A DNA stretch of 64,000 nucleotides. It comes from an uncultured Chloroflexia bacterium (lineage in GTDB: Bacteria > Chloroflexota > Limnocylindria > Limnocylindrales > CSP1-4). The DNA is taken from positions 96,001-160,000 of the forward strand of contig CAWHXD010000006.1 in the NCBI GenBank assembly GCA_963833225.1, written 5' to 3'. The position numbers and the translations under genes were made by a program. Positions 29,883-46,682 of the stretch are shown here, piece after piece. The first letter of the stretch is position 1, and every line of letters begins with the position of its first letter. Below the pieces are notes generated by a model that had not been told where the DNA came from, made no database searches, and saw nothing but the letters and a program-made list of their open reading frames with translations.

Positions 29883-30017
29883 GTGCTCGCTCGGCGGGTG
29901 GTCGCGGCGAGGTCTCCGACCGAGGGCACAATCGAGGGAGCCACGTTCGCCTGAGGCTAGCACAGCGAGGCGGCGGACCGGCTGAGGCGGCGTGCCGGCC
30001 GCGCCGACACGGCGCGC

Positions 30018-31055
30018 TCAGACCAGGGCCAGCGAGATCGGGACGTAGCGTTCGAAGGGGTGATCCCGCCGCGACCAGCAGATGAGGGCGGGGAACCCGT
30101 CAAGCCGGAGGCCGGCGTCGAGCAGCGCCCGCGTGGCGACGTCGGCGGATCCCGGCACCCACATCGCGACCGCGCCCAGCATCGGCGTCTCGCGGACGGC
30201 CACGCCCAGGAGCGCGGGGTGGAGCGCGGGATCGAGCGCCGCGACGGGGCCAAGGCGCCCCCTGCCGGATCCGTACACGTAGCCCGCGACGTTCCCGGTG
30301 CGACGCTCGCGGACCAGGAACCCGGCCCGACCCTCGCGGCGAAGCCAGGCATGCTCCTGGGGATGTGCCGCCCCGATCAGCTCCCGGTCGAGCGCATCCA
30401 CGATGTCCGCGAGCCGCCGCTCCCCATCCTGCTCGCCCGATGCGATCGCCTCGAATGGCACGGCCTCGAGCGAGGCGGGCAGCAGTGGAACGGCCGACCA
30501 GCGCCGGATCTCGCCGATCAATCGCCATGCCGGGATGCGAGGCACCATGCCGCGCCGCGCGTACAGCGCGTTCGAGATCGGTTGCGCGGCGTCGGTGCAC
30601 ATGCCCCAGGTGTGGATGCCCGTGTCCAGGGGATCGTCCGGTCCTGGCACGGCCGGCCCCCCCGGGTCCACGTCGCGACCCGCTTGCGCCCGGTCCATGA
30701 GCGCCTGCCCCAGCCCGGCCGCCTGCCTTCCGGGTTGCACGAACAGCATCGCGAGAAACCAGATGCCCTCGCGGACCGTTGCCGACGAGAAGCCCACCAG
30801 CCGCTCACCGCCGCCGTCATCGCGGACCGTTGCCACCCAGTACCGCCCGGGGTCGGCCACGAGCAGGTGCGCGAGCAGCCGCCGCAGCGGCAGGACGTCG
30901 TCCGGCATCGGGGGCTGGGCGAGCCGAGCCTGGTAGTCGTCGACGGCCGCCTTGTGGAGCTGCGCGCAGGCATCGAGGTCCGACTCGCGTGCGGGTCGGT
31001 AGGCCGCCGGCCCAGGCGCGGGCGCGGCAGGGAGACCGGCCACCGGACCGGCCAC
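30018..31055 (-). CDS. tandem GNAT-family acetyltransferase
   Basis: LAMLFVQPGRQAAGLGQALM, SNALYARRG, second degenerate GNAT (RLGPVAA). Confidence 0.8.
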   Translation of the reverse strand: MAGPVAGLPAAPAPGPAAYRPARESDLDACAQLHKAAVDDYQARLAQPPMPDDVLPLRRLLAHLLVADPGRYWVATVRDDGGGERLVGFSSATVREGIWFLAMLFVQPGRQAAGLGQALMDRAQAGRDVDPGGPAVPGPDDPLDTGIHTWGMCTDAAQPISNALYARRGMVPRIPAWRLIGEIRRWSAVPLLPASLEAVPFEAIASGEQDGERRLADIVDALDRELIGAAHPQEHAWLRREGRAGFLVRERRTGNVAGYVYGSGRGRLGPVAALDPALHPALLGVAVRETPMLGAVAMWVPGSADVATRALLDAGLRLDGFPALICWSRRDHPFERYVPISLALV

Positions 31056-31059
31056 GGGT

Positions 31060-32188
31060 CTACTCCTCCCCGTCGACGTCGTCGGCGGACGGCGGCCGGC
31101 CCGTGGCGAGGCGGTCCAGCTCTGCCTGCATGAAGGCATCCAGGTCCCCGTCGAGCACGGCTCCCGTGTTCGACGTCTCGTGGGCTGACCGCAGGTCCTT
31201 GACCATCTGGTACGGGTGCAGGACATACGAGCGGATCTGGTTGCCCCAGCCGGCGGTGACGTGCTCACCGCGCAGCTTGCGCAGCTCCTCCTCGCGCTTC
31301 TCCAGCTCCACCTCGAGGAGGCGGGACTTGAGGACCCGGATCGCGAGCTCGCGGTTCTGGATCGCCGAGCGCTCGTTCTGGCAGGTGACGACGATCCCGG
31401 TCGGGATGTGGGTCAGCCGGATCGCCGACTCCGTTTTCTGGACGTGCTGCCCACCTGCGCCCGAGCTGCGGAACGTGTCGGTCCGGATCTCGTCCCAGTT
31501 GAGCTCGATCTCGACATCATCGTCCGCCTCGGGCATGACCTCGATCAGGGCAAAGGTCGTCTGGCGGCGCTTCTGCGCGTCGTACGGGCTGATTCGGACC
31601 AGGCGGTGGACGCCGCGCTCGACCCGCAGCCAGCCGTAGGCAAACCGCCCCGTGACGGTGATCGTCGCGCTCTTGATCCCCGCCTGCTCACCAGGCTGGG
31701 AGTCCAGGATCTCGGTCTTGAAGCGGTGGCGCTCGGTCCAGCGCAGGTACATGCGCAGCAGCATCTCGGCCCAGTCCGTGGCCTCGGTGCCGCCCGCGCC
31801 GGCGCTGATCGTGACCACGGCGTTCTTGGCGTCATAGTCGCCGGAGAACAGCAGGAGGGTCCGCTCGCGCTCGAACACCGTGCGAAGCCCATCGGCCTCC
31901 CGGGCGACCTCGGCCTCGGTGTCGTCGTCGGGGCTCTCGTCGAGGAGGTCCAGCAGCTCCTCGAGATCCGCGGCGCGCTTCTCCAGCGAGCGCCAGAGGC
32001 TGATCTCCTCGCGCAGGCCATCGGCCTCCCGGACGACCTTCTGGGCGGACCGCTGGTCGCCCCAGAACCCGGGCTCGATCGCTCGCGCGTCGAGCTCGGC
32101 GACGCGGGATTCCTTGGCGGCTAGGTCAAAGACGCCCCGAGGTCGACCGGATCCGCTCCGCCAGGTCTCGAGTGGACGTGGCGTCCAC
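31060..32188 (-). CDS. prfB: peptide chain release factor 2 with programmed +1 frameshift at CTT-TGA-C (32131-32125)
   Basis: GAGGTEATDW, HRLVRISPYD, GAGGQHV; the short first ORF from GTG 32188 ends in CTTTGAC and the +1 frame joins the 31878 ORF. Confidence 0.96.
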
Positions 32189-32412
32189 TACGAGCGCACC
32201 CGGAGGTCCTGGAGCAGGATCGGACGGAGCTCGATCAGCCGAAGGGCTGTCTTGCTCCGGGCGACGACGGGGTTCACGCACGGGCAATACGAGTTGTGGG
32301 TACAGACTCCGCAGTTGCCGTCGCAATCCAGGGCGGCAGCGTAGCTGCAGGTGCGGCAGTCACGTTCGCAAGCGATGAGATCCACGAACTGCGCTTCCTC
32401 AGCCTGCTTCAC
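32188..32412 (-). CDS. small cysteine-rich protein (8 Cys)
   Basis: SD-like AGGAGAGAGGGA; CERDCRTC...CDGNCGVC...CPC; stop overlaps the prfB start by 1 nt. Confidence 0.72.
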   Translation of the reverse strand: MKQAEEAQFVDLIACERDCRTCSYAAALDCDGNCGVCTHNSYCPCVNPVVARSKTALRLIELRPILLQDLRVRS

Positions 32413-32531
32413 GGTCCCTCTCTCCTGGCCGTTCGTTGTCGTAGGAGTGACGATGCGGGACGCGACGCCGTGAATACTCGGGCGAGCCTGTGGGCGAGGC
32501 GCCGGTCCCCTGGGGCGAACGACTTGGGCCG

Positions 32532-32560
32532 AGTATAGGCGTGGATTCCGCGCATTCCAA
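32532..32560 (-). promoter_or_regulatory. sigma70-type promoter for the Cys-rich ORF and prfB
   Basis: TTGGAA, 17 bp spacer, TATACT on the minus strand. Confidence 0.7.
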
Positions 32561-32663
32561 GAGGGCCGGAGGTCGAAACGGGTGGAATTTCGCGTGTTTC
32601 CGGAGAATTCGTCTCCGGATCGGCCGCACTGAGCATGTGATCGTTCACGGCCGCCGGCTGGGA

Positions 32664-33269
32664 TCAGCCGCCCTGGTGCTCGATCGCCGGCGCCCCCCCG
32701 GTCAGGAAGTACACGGCCAGCGCCCCCAGCTCGTGGATCGTCGCCTGGGCCCGCCGGAGCGGGTCCTGGGCAATCGGTGACGTAGTCGTTGGCGAGCCGT
32801 AGGCGTCGATCCCGAGATCGCCGGCGATGCGCAGCACGCGGAACATGTGGGTTGGGTCGGACACGAAGACCGCGCTGTGCATCCCGCGGGCGTCAAGCTC
32901 GTCGGCCACGGCGCTGAGGGATGTCAGCGTGTTGTGGGCCTCGTCCTCACCGAAGATCCGCGACGCGGGGACGCCGTGCTCGATGGCATAGGCACGCGCG
33001 ACGGCAGCCTCGGTCATGCGATCCCCATCGAGCTTGCCGCCCGTGACGACGAACGAGTCGGCGATGCCCGTCTTCCACAGGGCGACGGCGTGCTCGAGAC
33101 GGGCTTCGAACACCGGGGACGGGCGTCCGTCGTACTGCGCGGCCCCCAGCACGACGATGGCGTCCGCCGGTCGCTGCTCGTCGATCGCTCCCTGGCGCCA
33201 GATGGCCACGATCGAGGCGCCACCCGCGATGACCACGACGACGCACCCGACGACGAGGACGCGCACCAT
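32664..33269 (-). CDS. YdcF/DUF218 family protein
   Basis: DAIVVLGAA, RLEHA, VTGG, TEA, VSDPTHMFR. Confidence 0.88.
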   Translation of the reverse strand: MVRVLVVGCVVVVIAGGASIVAIWRQGAIDEQRPADAIVVLGAAQYDGRPSPVFEARLEHAVALWKTGIADSFVVTGGKLDGDRMTEAAVARAYAIEHGVPASRIFGEDEAHNTLTSLSAVADELDARGMHSAVFVSDPTHMFRVLRIAGDLGIDAYGSPTTTSPIAQDPLRRAQATIHELGALAVYFLTGGAPAIEHQGG

Positions 33270-33289
33270 GTCGCTGATCCGGCGGCGGA

Positions 33290-36318
<3,029 letters not shown>

Positions 36319-36359
36319 GGCCGGCTGAGTATAGGGTGACCGGCCGGGCGGCCCGATTT

Positions 36360-36644
36360 CTAGGGCTGCCCGCGCACGCGCGTCAGGGTGCGGGCGTGAC
36401 CTCGACGGAGTCCCAGTCGAGCCCGACGGTGTCTCCGGGCAATGGCTGGAACCCCGGGTCGGGGGCGACCTCGAACATGGGAGCGCGGCACGGCCACGCC
36501 CCAGCCGCCCCTGGTCATGGGGCCGTTCCAGCCCGAGCTCACCAGGGTGCCGTTGGGGAACAGGTTCGCCGTCAGCGCGGCCGCCGCGAACACGAGCGCC
36601 GTCCCGAGGCCGAGAACACCGGAGCAGATCAGGATTCGTCGCAT
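36360..36644 (-). CDS. small membrane or secreted hypothetical protein (3' frame uncertain)
   Basis: MRRILICSGVLGLGTALVFAAAALTANLFPNG. Confidence 0.55.
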   Translation of the reverse strand: MRRILICSGVLGLGTALVFAAAALTANLFPNGTLVSSGWNGPMTRGGWGVAVPRSHVRGRPRPGVPAIARRHRRARLGLRRGHARTLTRVRGQP

Positions 36645-36681
36645 GATCTTCCCCGGACGCCGCCGAGCAGGTCGCGGTTCC

Positions 36682-36938
36682 CTAGACGAGTCGCCCACAG
36701 GCCGTCGTCGTACCCGGCCACGATGAGCGCGAAGGTGACCAGCCCGAGGACCAGCCAGAAGATCACCGCCCGCGCCGTCGAGGTGGGGTTCATCTCCGGG
36801 TTGCGGAGCTCCGGCAGCGGCCACCCTGAGCGCCGCCCCCCAGCGCGAGGAGCGGAGCGTGGCTCGGTAGCTCTCCTCGGTCCCGGTCCGGACCTCGAGG
36901 CCGCCCTTGCCGTCCGGGCGGTGCAGCTGCAGGCTCAT
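36682..36938 (-). CDS. small membrane hypothetical protein (frameshifted in this sequence)
   Basis: MSLQLHRPDGKGGLE... continuing in another frame as LPELRNPEMNPTS...VIFWLVLGLVTFALIVAGY. Confidence 0.5.
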
Positions 36939-38051
36939 GCGTCTCCGAGTGGTGGCGGTCAGGCACCCGCCGATGCGGGTGAGCGGCTGATGGTACGTCG
37001 TCGTCGCTCCCGGGTGCGTCATCGCCGTCGTGGGCCGGTTGGCGTCGATCCCTTGCAGGCCATCGACGCCATCCTCCCAGAGGAGCATCTCCTGGGTGAA
37101 CGAGACCTCGGAGCTGAACAGGGCACCCACGGACTCGCCACGGTGGATCCGCCTGATCGCCTCGCCGATGAGCGGCGCCACCGAGAGGACTTGATCCGGT
37201 CGATGTGCTTGTCGGCCGGGAGCGGGACCGTGTCGGTGATGATCGACCTCGCGCAGGTTGGAGGCGGCGATGCGTTCGATCGCGGGGTCGGAGAGGACGC
37301 CGTGCGTGGCGCAGGCGTAGATCTCGTGGACGCCCTCCTTCTCGAGCGCGCGGGTGATCTCGATCAGGGTGCCCGCCGTGTCGATCTCGTCGTCCACGAT
37401 GATCGCCCGGCGCCCGCGGACATCGCCGATGACGTTGATGACCTCGGCTCGATCGAGGTTGCCGTGCCGCCGCTTCTCGACAATGGCCAGAGGCGCGTCA
37501 AGAAGCTCGGCAAACGCGCGGGCGCGCTTGGCGAATCCGAGATCCGTGACCACGACCACGTCCTCGAGCTGCTGGTCGAGGAAGTAGCGCGACAGCAGGT
37601 GGACGGCGGTCAGCTCGTCGACCGGGATGTTGAAGAAGCCCTGGATCTGGCCCTGGTGGAGGTCCATGGTCAGCATCCGGTCCGCACCTGCCACGGAGAT
37701 CATGTCCGCGACCAGGCGGGCCGTGATCGGGACCCGTGGCTGGTCCTTCTTGTCCGAGCGCCCGTAGGCGTAGTACGGGACCACGGCCGTGATCCGGCCG
37801 GCGGACGCCCGCTTGAAGGCGTCGATCATGATCAGCAGCTCCATGATCGACTTGTTCACGGGCCGCGAGGTGGGCTGGACGAGGAAGACGTCCTTCTCGC
37901 GGACGTTGTCCAGGATGCGGACGAAGATGTTCTCGTTGGCGAACTCGAACACCTCGGCGCGACCCGGCTCGGAGGCGAGGTAGCGAGCGATCTTCCGGGC
38001 CAGCTCCGGGTTGGCGTTGCCGTGGTAGATCTCGTACTGGTCCGCGTACAC
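36935..38051 (-). CDS. prs: ribose-phosphate pyrophosphokinase; frameshifts in the 3' part
   Basis: PYYAYGRSDKK, DLHQGQIQGFF, IVDDEIDTAGT, ACATHGV. Confidence 0.93.
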
Positions 38052-38076
38052 TCGGTCTCCCGTGCGCCGAAGGCGG

Positions 38077-40659
38077 TCATGACGAGCTGTCGTTCCGGCC
38101 CCTCGTCCGCGGGTCCGCTGCCGTCGGGCTGGGGGTCGCCATTGTCGCCGATGGCACCGCGGTCCGCCAGCCCCGGACGGAAGGCAGCAGATGGCGGCGA
38201 CGCTGTCGCCCTCCGCCAGGCGCATGACGATCACGCCCCGGGCCTGCGACGAGTAACGGTTCACGCTCTTGGTGTCGGTCCGGATCACCTGGCCGCCGGC
38301 CGAGATCAGGACCAGCTCCTCGTCCTCGTCGGTCACCTGCTGGACCGCCGCGACGAGGCCGGTCTTGCGCCCCTCGAGGGCGATCAGGCGGACGCCCTGC
38401 GGTCCGCGGTGCATGGTCCGGAACTCGGTGAGGCGGACGCGCTTGCCGTAGCCGGTCTCGGTGAGGACGAGCAGGTCCGCGCTCGGTCTGGACCACGCTC
38501 ATCGCCACGACGCGGTCGGCCTTGTTGGCCAGCCGGATGCCGATGACGCCACCGGCGGGCCGGCCCATCGCCCGCAGCTCGGCCTCGTTGAAGCGGGCGA
38601 TCTTGCCCATCGCGGTTGCGATGATGACGTCGTCGGTGCCCGCCGAGACATCCACCCAGGCGAGCTCATCGTCGGGGTCAACGGTGATCGCGATGATCCC
38701 CGTCGAGCGCACGCGCTCGAACTGCTCGAGCGCGGTCTTCTTGATGATGCCGCGCCGCGTGGCGAGGACCAGGTAGTGCCCGGGTTCGAAGTCCGGCAGG
38801 CAGATCGTCGCGACCGGGACCTCGCCCGATTCCACCTGGACCCCGGGCAGGTTGATGATCGCCATGCCCTCGGCCCTGGCGGCTGACGCGTCCGGGATGG
38901 AGTGGACCTTCGCGCGAGAACACGCGGCCGCGGTTCGTGAAGAACAGCGCCCAGTCGTGGGTGTTGGCCACGAGCAGGTACTCGACCGCATCCTCCTCGC
39001 GGGTGACGTGGCCGATGATCCCCTTGCCGCCGCGGTGCTGGCGGCGGTAGGTGGCCACGGGCTGGCGCTTGATGTAGCCGCGGCGGCTGATGGTGACGAC
39101 GACGTCCTCGTCGGCGATCAGGTCCTCGTCGGTCATCTCGCGGCTGGAGTCGTCGACGACCCGGGTGCGGCGCTCGCCGGCGTACTTGCGCTTCAGCTCG
39201 GCGAGCTCGTCCTTGATGATCGCCAGCACGCGGGCCGGGTTGGCCAGGATGTCCTCGAGCTCCGCGATGAGCTGGATCACCGCGAGGTACTCGTCCTCGA
39301 TCTTCTGGCGCTCGAGCGCGGCCAGGCGGGCAAGGCGCATGTCCAGGATCGCCTGGGCCTGCAGCTCCGACAGTCCGAACCGGCTCATCAGGTTGCGGCG
39401 CGCGCGTCTCGACGTCGGCCGACGCGCGGATGGTGTTGATGACCTCGTCGAGGTTATCGAGGGCGATCTTGAGGCCCTCGAGGATGTGGGCCCTCGCGCG
39501 CGCCTTCTCGAGGTCGTACTCGGTCCGGCGCCGGACGATCTCGCGGCGGTGATCGACGTAATGACAGCAGCACGCTCTTGAGCGGCAGCGTCTGCGGCTG
39601 GCCATCGACCAGAGCCAGCATGTTGAGGTTGAAGGTCGTCTGGAGCGCCGTGTGCTTGAACAGGTTGTTCAGCACCTTGTGAGGGTTGGCGTCCCGTTTG
39701 ACCTCGATGTAGATCCGCATCCCGTCCCGGTCGGACTCGTCGCGGAGGTCGCTGATCCCGTCGAGCTTCTTGTCCTTGACGAGGTCGGCGATCTTCTCCA
39801 GCAGCGACGACTTGTTCACCTGGTACGGGAGCTCGGTGACGATGATCGCCGTGCGGTCGAGGCGGGTTTCCTCGAACGCGACCTGCGCGCGCATCACGAC
39901 TCGCCCGTGGCCATGCGCGTACATCTCGCGGATGGCGTCGATCGTCTCCTGCTCGCCGGTGAGCGGGTTGCGGCGGGTCTCGAAGCGGAAGATGGAGCCA
40001 CCGGTCGGGAAGTCGGGGCCCCTGACCAGGCCGCACAGGTCGTCGTTGGTGATCGACGGGTCGTCGATGAAGGCGATGGCGGCGTCCGCGACCTCGCCCA
40101 GGTGGTGGGGCGGGATGTTGGTCGCCATGCCGACGGCGATGCCCGAGGACCCGTTGATCAGCAGGTTCGGCAGTTTGGACGGCAGGACGGACGGCTGCTT
40201 CTGGGTGCCGTCGTAGTTGTCGACGTAGTCGACGGTGTCCTTGTCGATGTCGGCGAGCATCTCCGCGGAGATGGCCGTCAGGCGTGCCTCCGTGTAGCGC
40301 ATGGCGGCCGCCGAGTCGCCGTCCACCGACCCGAAGTTGCCCTGCCCGTCCACCAGCGGGTAGCGCATCGAGAAGTCCTGGGCCAGCCGCACCAGGGCGT
40401 CGTACAGGGCGACATCGCCGTGCGGGTGGTACTTGCCCATCACCTCGCCGACGATGGCCGCGCACTTGCGGTAGGAGCTCGTCGCGGACAGCCCCATCTC
40501 GCCCATCGTGTACAGGATCCGGCGGTGGACCGGCTTGAGCCCGTCGCGGACGTCCGGCAGCGCGCGGGCGACGATGACGCTCATCGCGTAGTCGAGATAC
40601 GAGACGCGCATCTCGTCCTCGATGCGGATGGCTCTGATGTCGCCCAGGTTGTCGGTCAC
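38077..40659 (-). CDS. gyrA: DNA gyrase subunit A; several apparent frameshifts in 38170-39570
   Basis: [26 protein letters not shown], GyrA-box QHRGGKG, beta-pinwheel repeats. Confidence 0.95.
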
Positions 40660-40693
40660 GTGGAGGCTCTCCTCGGGGGCTCAGGCAGGTAGG

Positions 40694-41670
40694 TCAGGTT
40701 CGGTCGATGATGGCGCGCTCGGCGGGCGGGACGCCGACGCCGAACGCGAGGAAGTCGGCGGCCGTGGCCGCCGCGCGGGAGGTGGACGGGGATCCCGGAC
40801 GCTTGCGGATGCCGGCCACGGTCGCCTTCAGCTCCGAGGCCACGGCCGCCGGTAGCTTCTCGACGCCGTCGCGGACCACCCATGCCCGGTGGCCATCGTC
40901 GTTCTCACGCGCGGTTCGTGCCTCGCGGCGGAGGAAGGCGATGGTGGCCGGCTCGTCGATCAGCGACATCGCGCGCACGGCCCACGAGAGCGCCTTCTGC
41001 ACGTCGGGCTCGCGGTCGCCGATCAGGTCGCCGACGATCCCGAGGCCGTGACGGGCGACATCCGCGGTCCGACCCGCGGTCCGGCTGACGAACGGGATGG
41101 TCGCCACGGTGGAGCCGGCCAGCCGGCGCTCCCAGCGGGCCGGCGAGTAGACGAGCTGCTCGAGCTCGGCCCAGCGGTAGGGCTCCTCGAGGATCCCACG
41201 GCCCGCGACATGGGCGAGCCTGTCCACCGTGATCCATTCGGTTGCGCGACGGGCTTCCGTCCGGACCAGCTGCCAGGTCTGCTCCGGCTCGTGGGCGATC
41301 GTGCGGTCCAGGACGTCGATCGCGAGCCAGTGGAGCTCAGCGAGCGGCTCACCGAACAGCGCGCCGGCGATGTCGAGCAGGGCGGCCGGGCGGTCTTGGC
41401 GGGTGGCGCCCCGGAGGCCGCGACTCACCGCGCCGAGCAACGGCTGGCGGACGCCCAGCTGCGGTCCGATCCCGGGGGCGATCATCCGCTGGCCAGCGAG
41501 ATACTCGGGATCCGCGAGCGCCGCCAGGCCGGCCCGCAGGATGGCCACCAGCGCAACCGGCTCATTGGCGAGATCGCCCGCCTCCCGGCCCAGGGTCGTG
41601 GCCGTGTCCATCCGCCCGGCGACGAACGCACGGGCACGCTGCGTGGCGGCACCGGGGGCGTCGGCCCGAG

Positions 41671-41674
<4 letters not shown>
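40694..41674 (-). CDS. DNA alkylation repair (AlkD-like HEAT-repeat) protein
   Basis: LGVRQP, WITVDRLA, WERRLA, DREPDVQKALSWAVR. Confidence 0.82.
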
Positions 41675-45053
<3,379 letters not shown>

Positions 45054-45057
<4 letters not shown>

Positions 45058-45851
45058 GCAACGGCCCCCGCGTATGCGGCGGTGGATCGCCCACCACGAG
45101 CGCGCAGCTCCCCAGCCAGTGCCTGATATGCCTCCGCACCCTTGGAGTCAGGCCGGTACAGGGCGATCGGAAGCCCATGGCTGGGCGCCTCCGAGAGGCG
45201 GACGCTCCTCGGAACGATCGTCCGGAAAACCGCCTCACCGAGATGGCGACGGACCTCGTTTGCCACCTCGGACGAGAGGTTCGTGCGACCGTCGAACATC
45301 GTGAGGACCACACCGGAGATGGCCAGCCCCGGGTTGAGGTTGTCGCGAACGAGATTGATCGTCGCGATGAGCTGCGTGAGCCCTTCGAGCGCGTAGTACT
45401 CGCACTGGATGGGGATCAGCACCGCGTCCGCGCCGGTCAGGGCGTTGACCGTGAGCAGCCCGAGCGATGGCGGGCAGTCAACGAGGATCCAGTCCCACGC
45501 GTCACGCTCGGCCGCGATGGCGTGCCCAAGCCGGCGTTCTCGGCCGGCGACGGCAGCCAGCTCCACCTCGGCCCCGGCGAGGGAGATCGACGACGGCACG
45601 AGTCGCAGTCCCGCGACGCGCGTCTCCACATGCAGCTCGGCGAGCGGCAGCCCGTCCACGAGGGCGTCGTAGACGGACCTCTCGAGCGAGGCACGGTCGA
45701 TCCCAAAGCCGCTGGTGGCGTTTCCCTGGGGATCGAGGTCGATGACGAGAACGCGGTCACCGAGGAGAGCCAGATAGGTTGCGAGATTGACCACGGTGGT
45801 GGTCTTCCCGACGCCGCCCTTCTGATTGGTGCAGGCGATCGTCTGGCCCAC
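45054..45851 (-). CDS. parA: chromosome partitioning ATPase ParA/Soj
   Basis: NQKGGVGKTT, DLDPQGNAT, DCPPSLG, QCEYYALEG; extended -10 TGcTAGAAT at ~45887-45895. Confidence 0.96.
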
Positions 45852-46008
45852 TCAGCCTCCACTCCGAAACAGGATCATGAACTCGAATTCTAGCATCGAG
45901 ACCCCTTTGGCCGGGTTCGGGCAGGCGCCTCCGGCCCGTTTGGCGGATGTGTCCTGCGGCGCCCGGCAAGCATCGTGGGCGCCGCGTATGCGGCGCTCAT
46001 TTCCCGCT

Positions 46009-46024
46009 TGTTTCACGTGAAACA
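46009..46024. promoter_or_regulatory. parS centromere-like site
   Basis: Perfect consensus TGTTTCACGTGAAACA, about 160 bp upstream of parA. Confidence 0.93.
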
Positions 46025-46181
46025 AGCGGGACCGCGGCGAGCGATCCCTGCCCGATTCGACGATTGCCGGGTCTGGCGACTCCGTGGGATACTCATCGGG
46101 CGCAAGCTGTACACCCATCGTCGCGGTCGCCTACGCCCTGGCCCGACCGTCGGCTCGTCAGCCGAGGATCGAACGCCCGTC

Positions 46182-46682
46182 ATGCAACTCGTCATCGCCG
46201 CGGCGGTCGCCGTGGTGGCCGCGCTCTCCGAGTTCACCATTGTCCCGTACCTGAAGATCGGCGACGCCGTCCTTCACCCGGTCCTGGTGTTCGGCGTCGT
46301 CTGGGCCATCGCCGGTGGCCTGGAGGCAGGTCTCGCCTGGGGCTTCGTCGGAGGCCTCGCGCTCGACGTCCTGGGCCAGCGGCCGCTCGGGTCCTCGGCG
46401 TTCTCGCTGCTCATCGCCATCGGGATTGCCAGCGCCATCGCCGGTCTCCTCGGTCGGATCAAGATCATCGCCTCAGTCGCTGCCACCGTCATCGCCAGTC
46501 CGGTCTACACGATGCTCCTTGTTGTCACGACCACCGCACTCACATCGGCGTCGCTCGGTGCGGACGCGTTCGGTTCGATGGTGCCATCGGCGGTATACGA
46601 CGCGGTCCTGGCCATCATCGTGGGGCCCCTGACGCTTGCCATCGTGCTTCGCCGGCAAGCCGCCGAGCGGGTGGACTGGTGA
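46182..46682 (+). CDS. mreD: rod shape-determining protein
   Basis: Five TMs, GLAWGFVGGLALDVL; precedes PBP2 and RodA. Confidence 0.85.
   Translation: MQLVIAAAVAVVAALSEFTIVPYLKIGDAVLHPVLVFGVVWAIAGGLEAGLAWGFVGGLALDVLGQRPLGSSAFSLLIAIGIASAIAGLLGRIKIIASVAATVIASPVYTMLLVVTTTALTSASLGADAFGSMVPSAVYDAVLAIIVGPLTLAIVLRRQAAERVDW

Noticed and set aside
36360-38414. 684-aa ORF appearing to fuse the GyrA C-terminus, Prs and membrane peptides
   Set aside because: Artefact of the frameshifts chaining separate genes.
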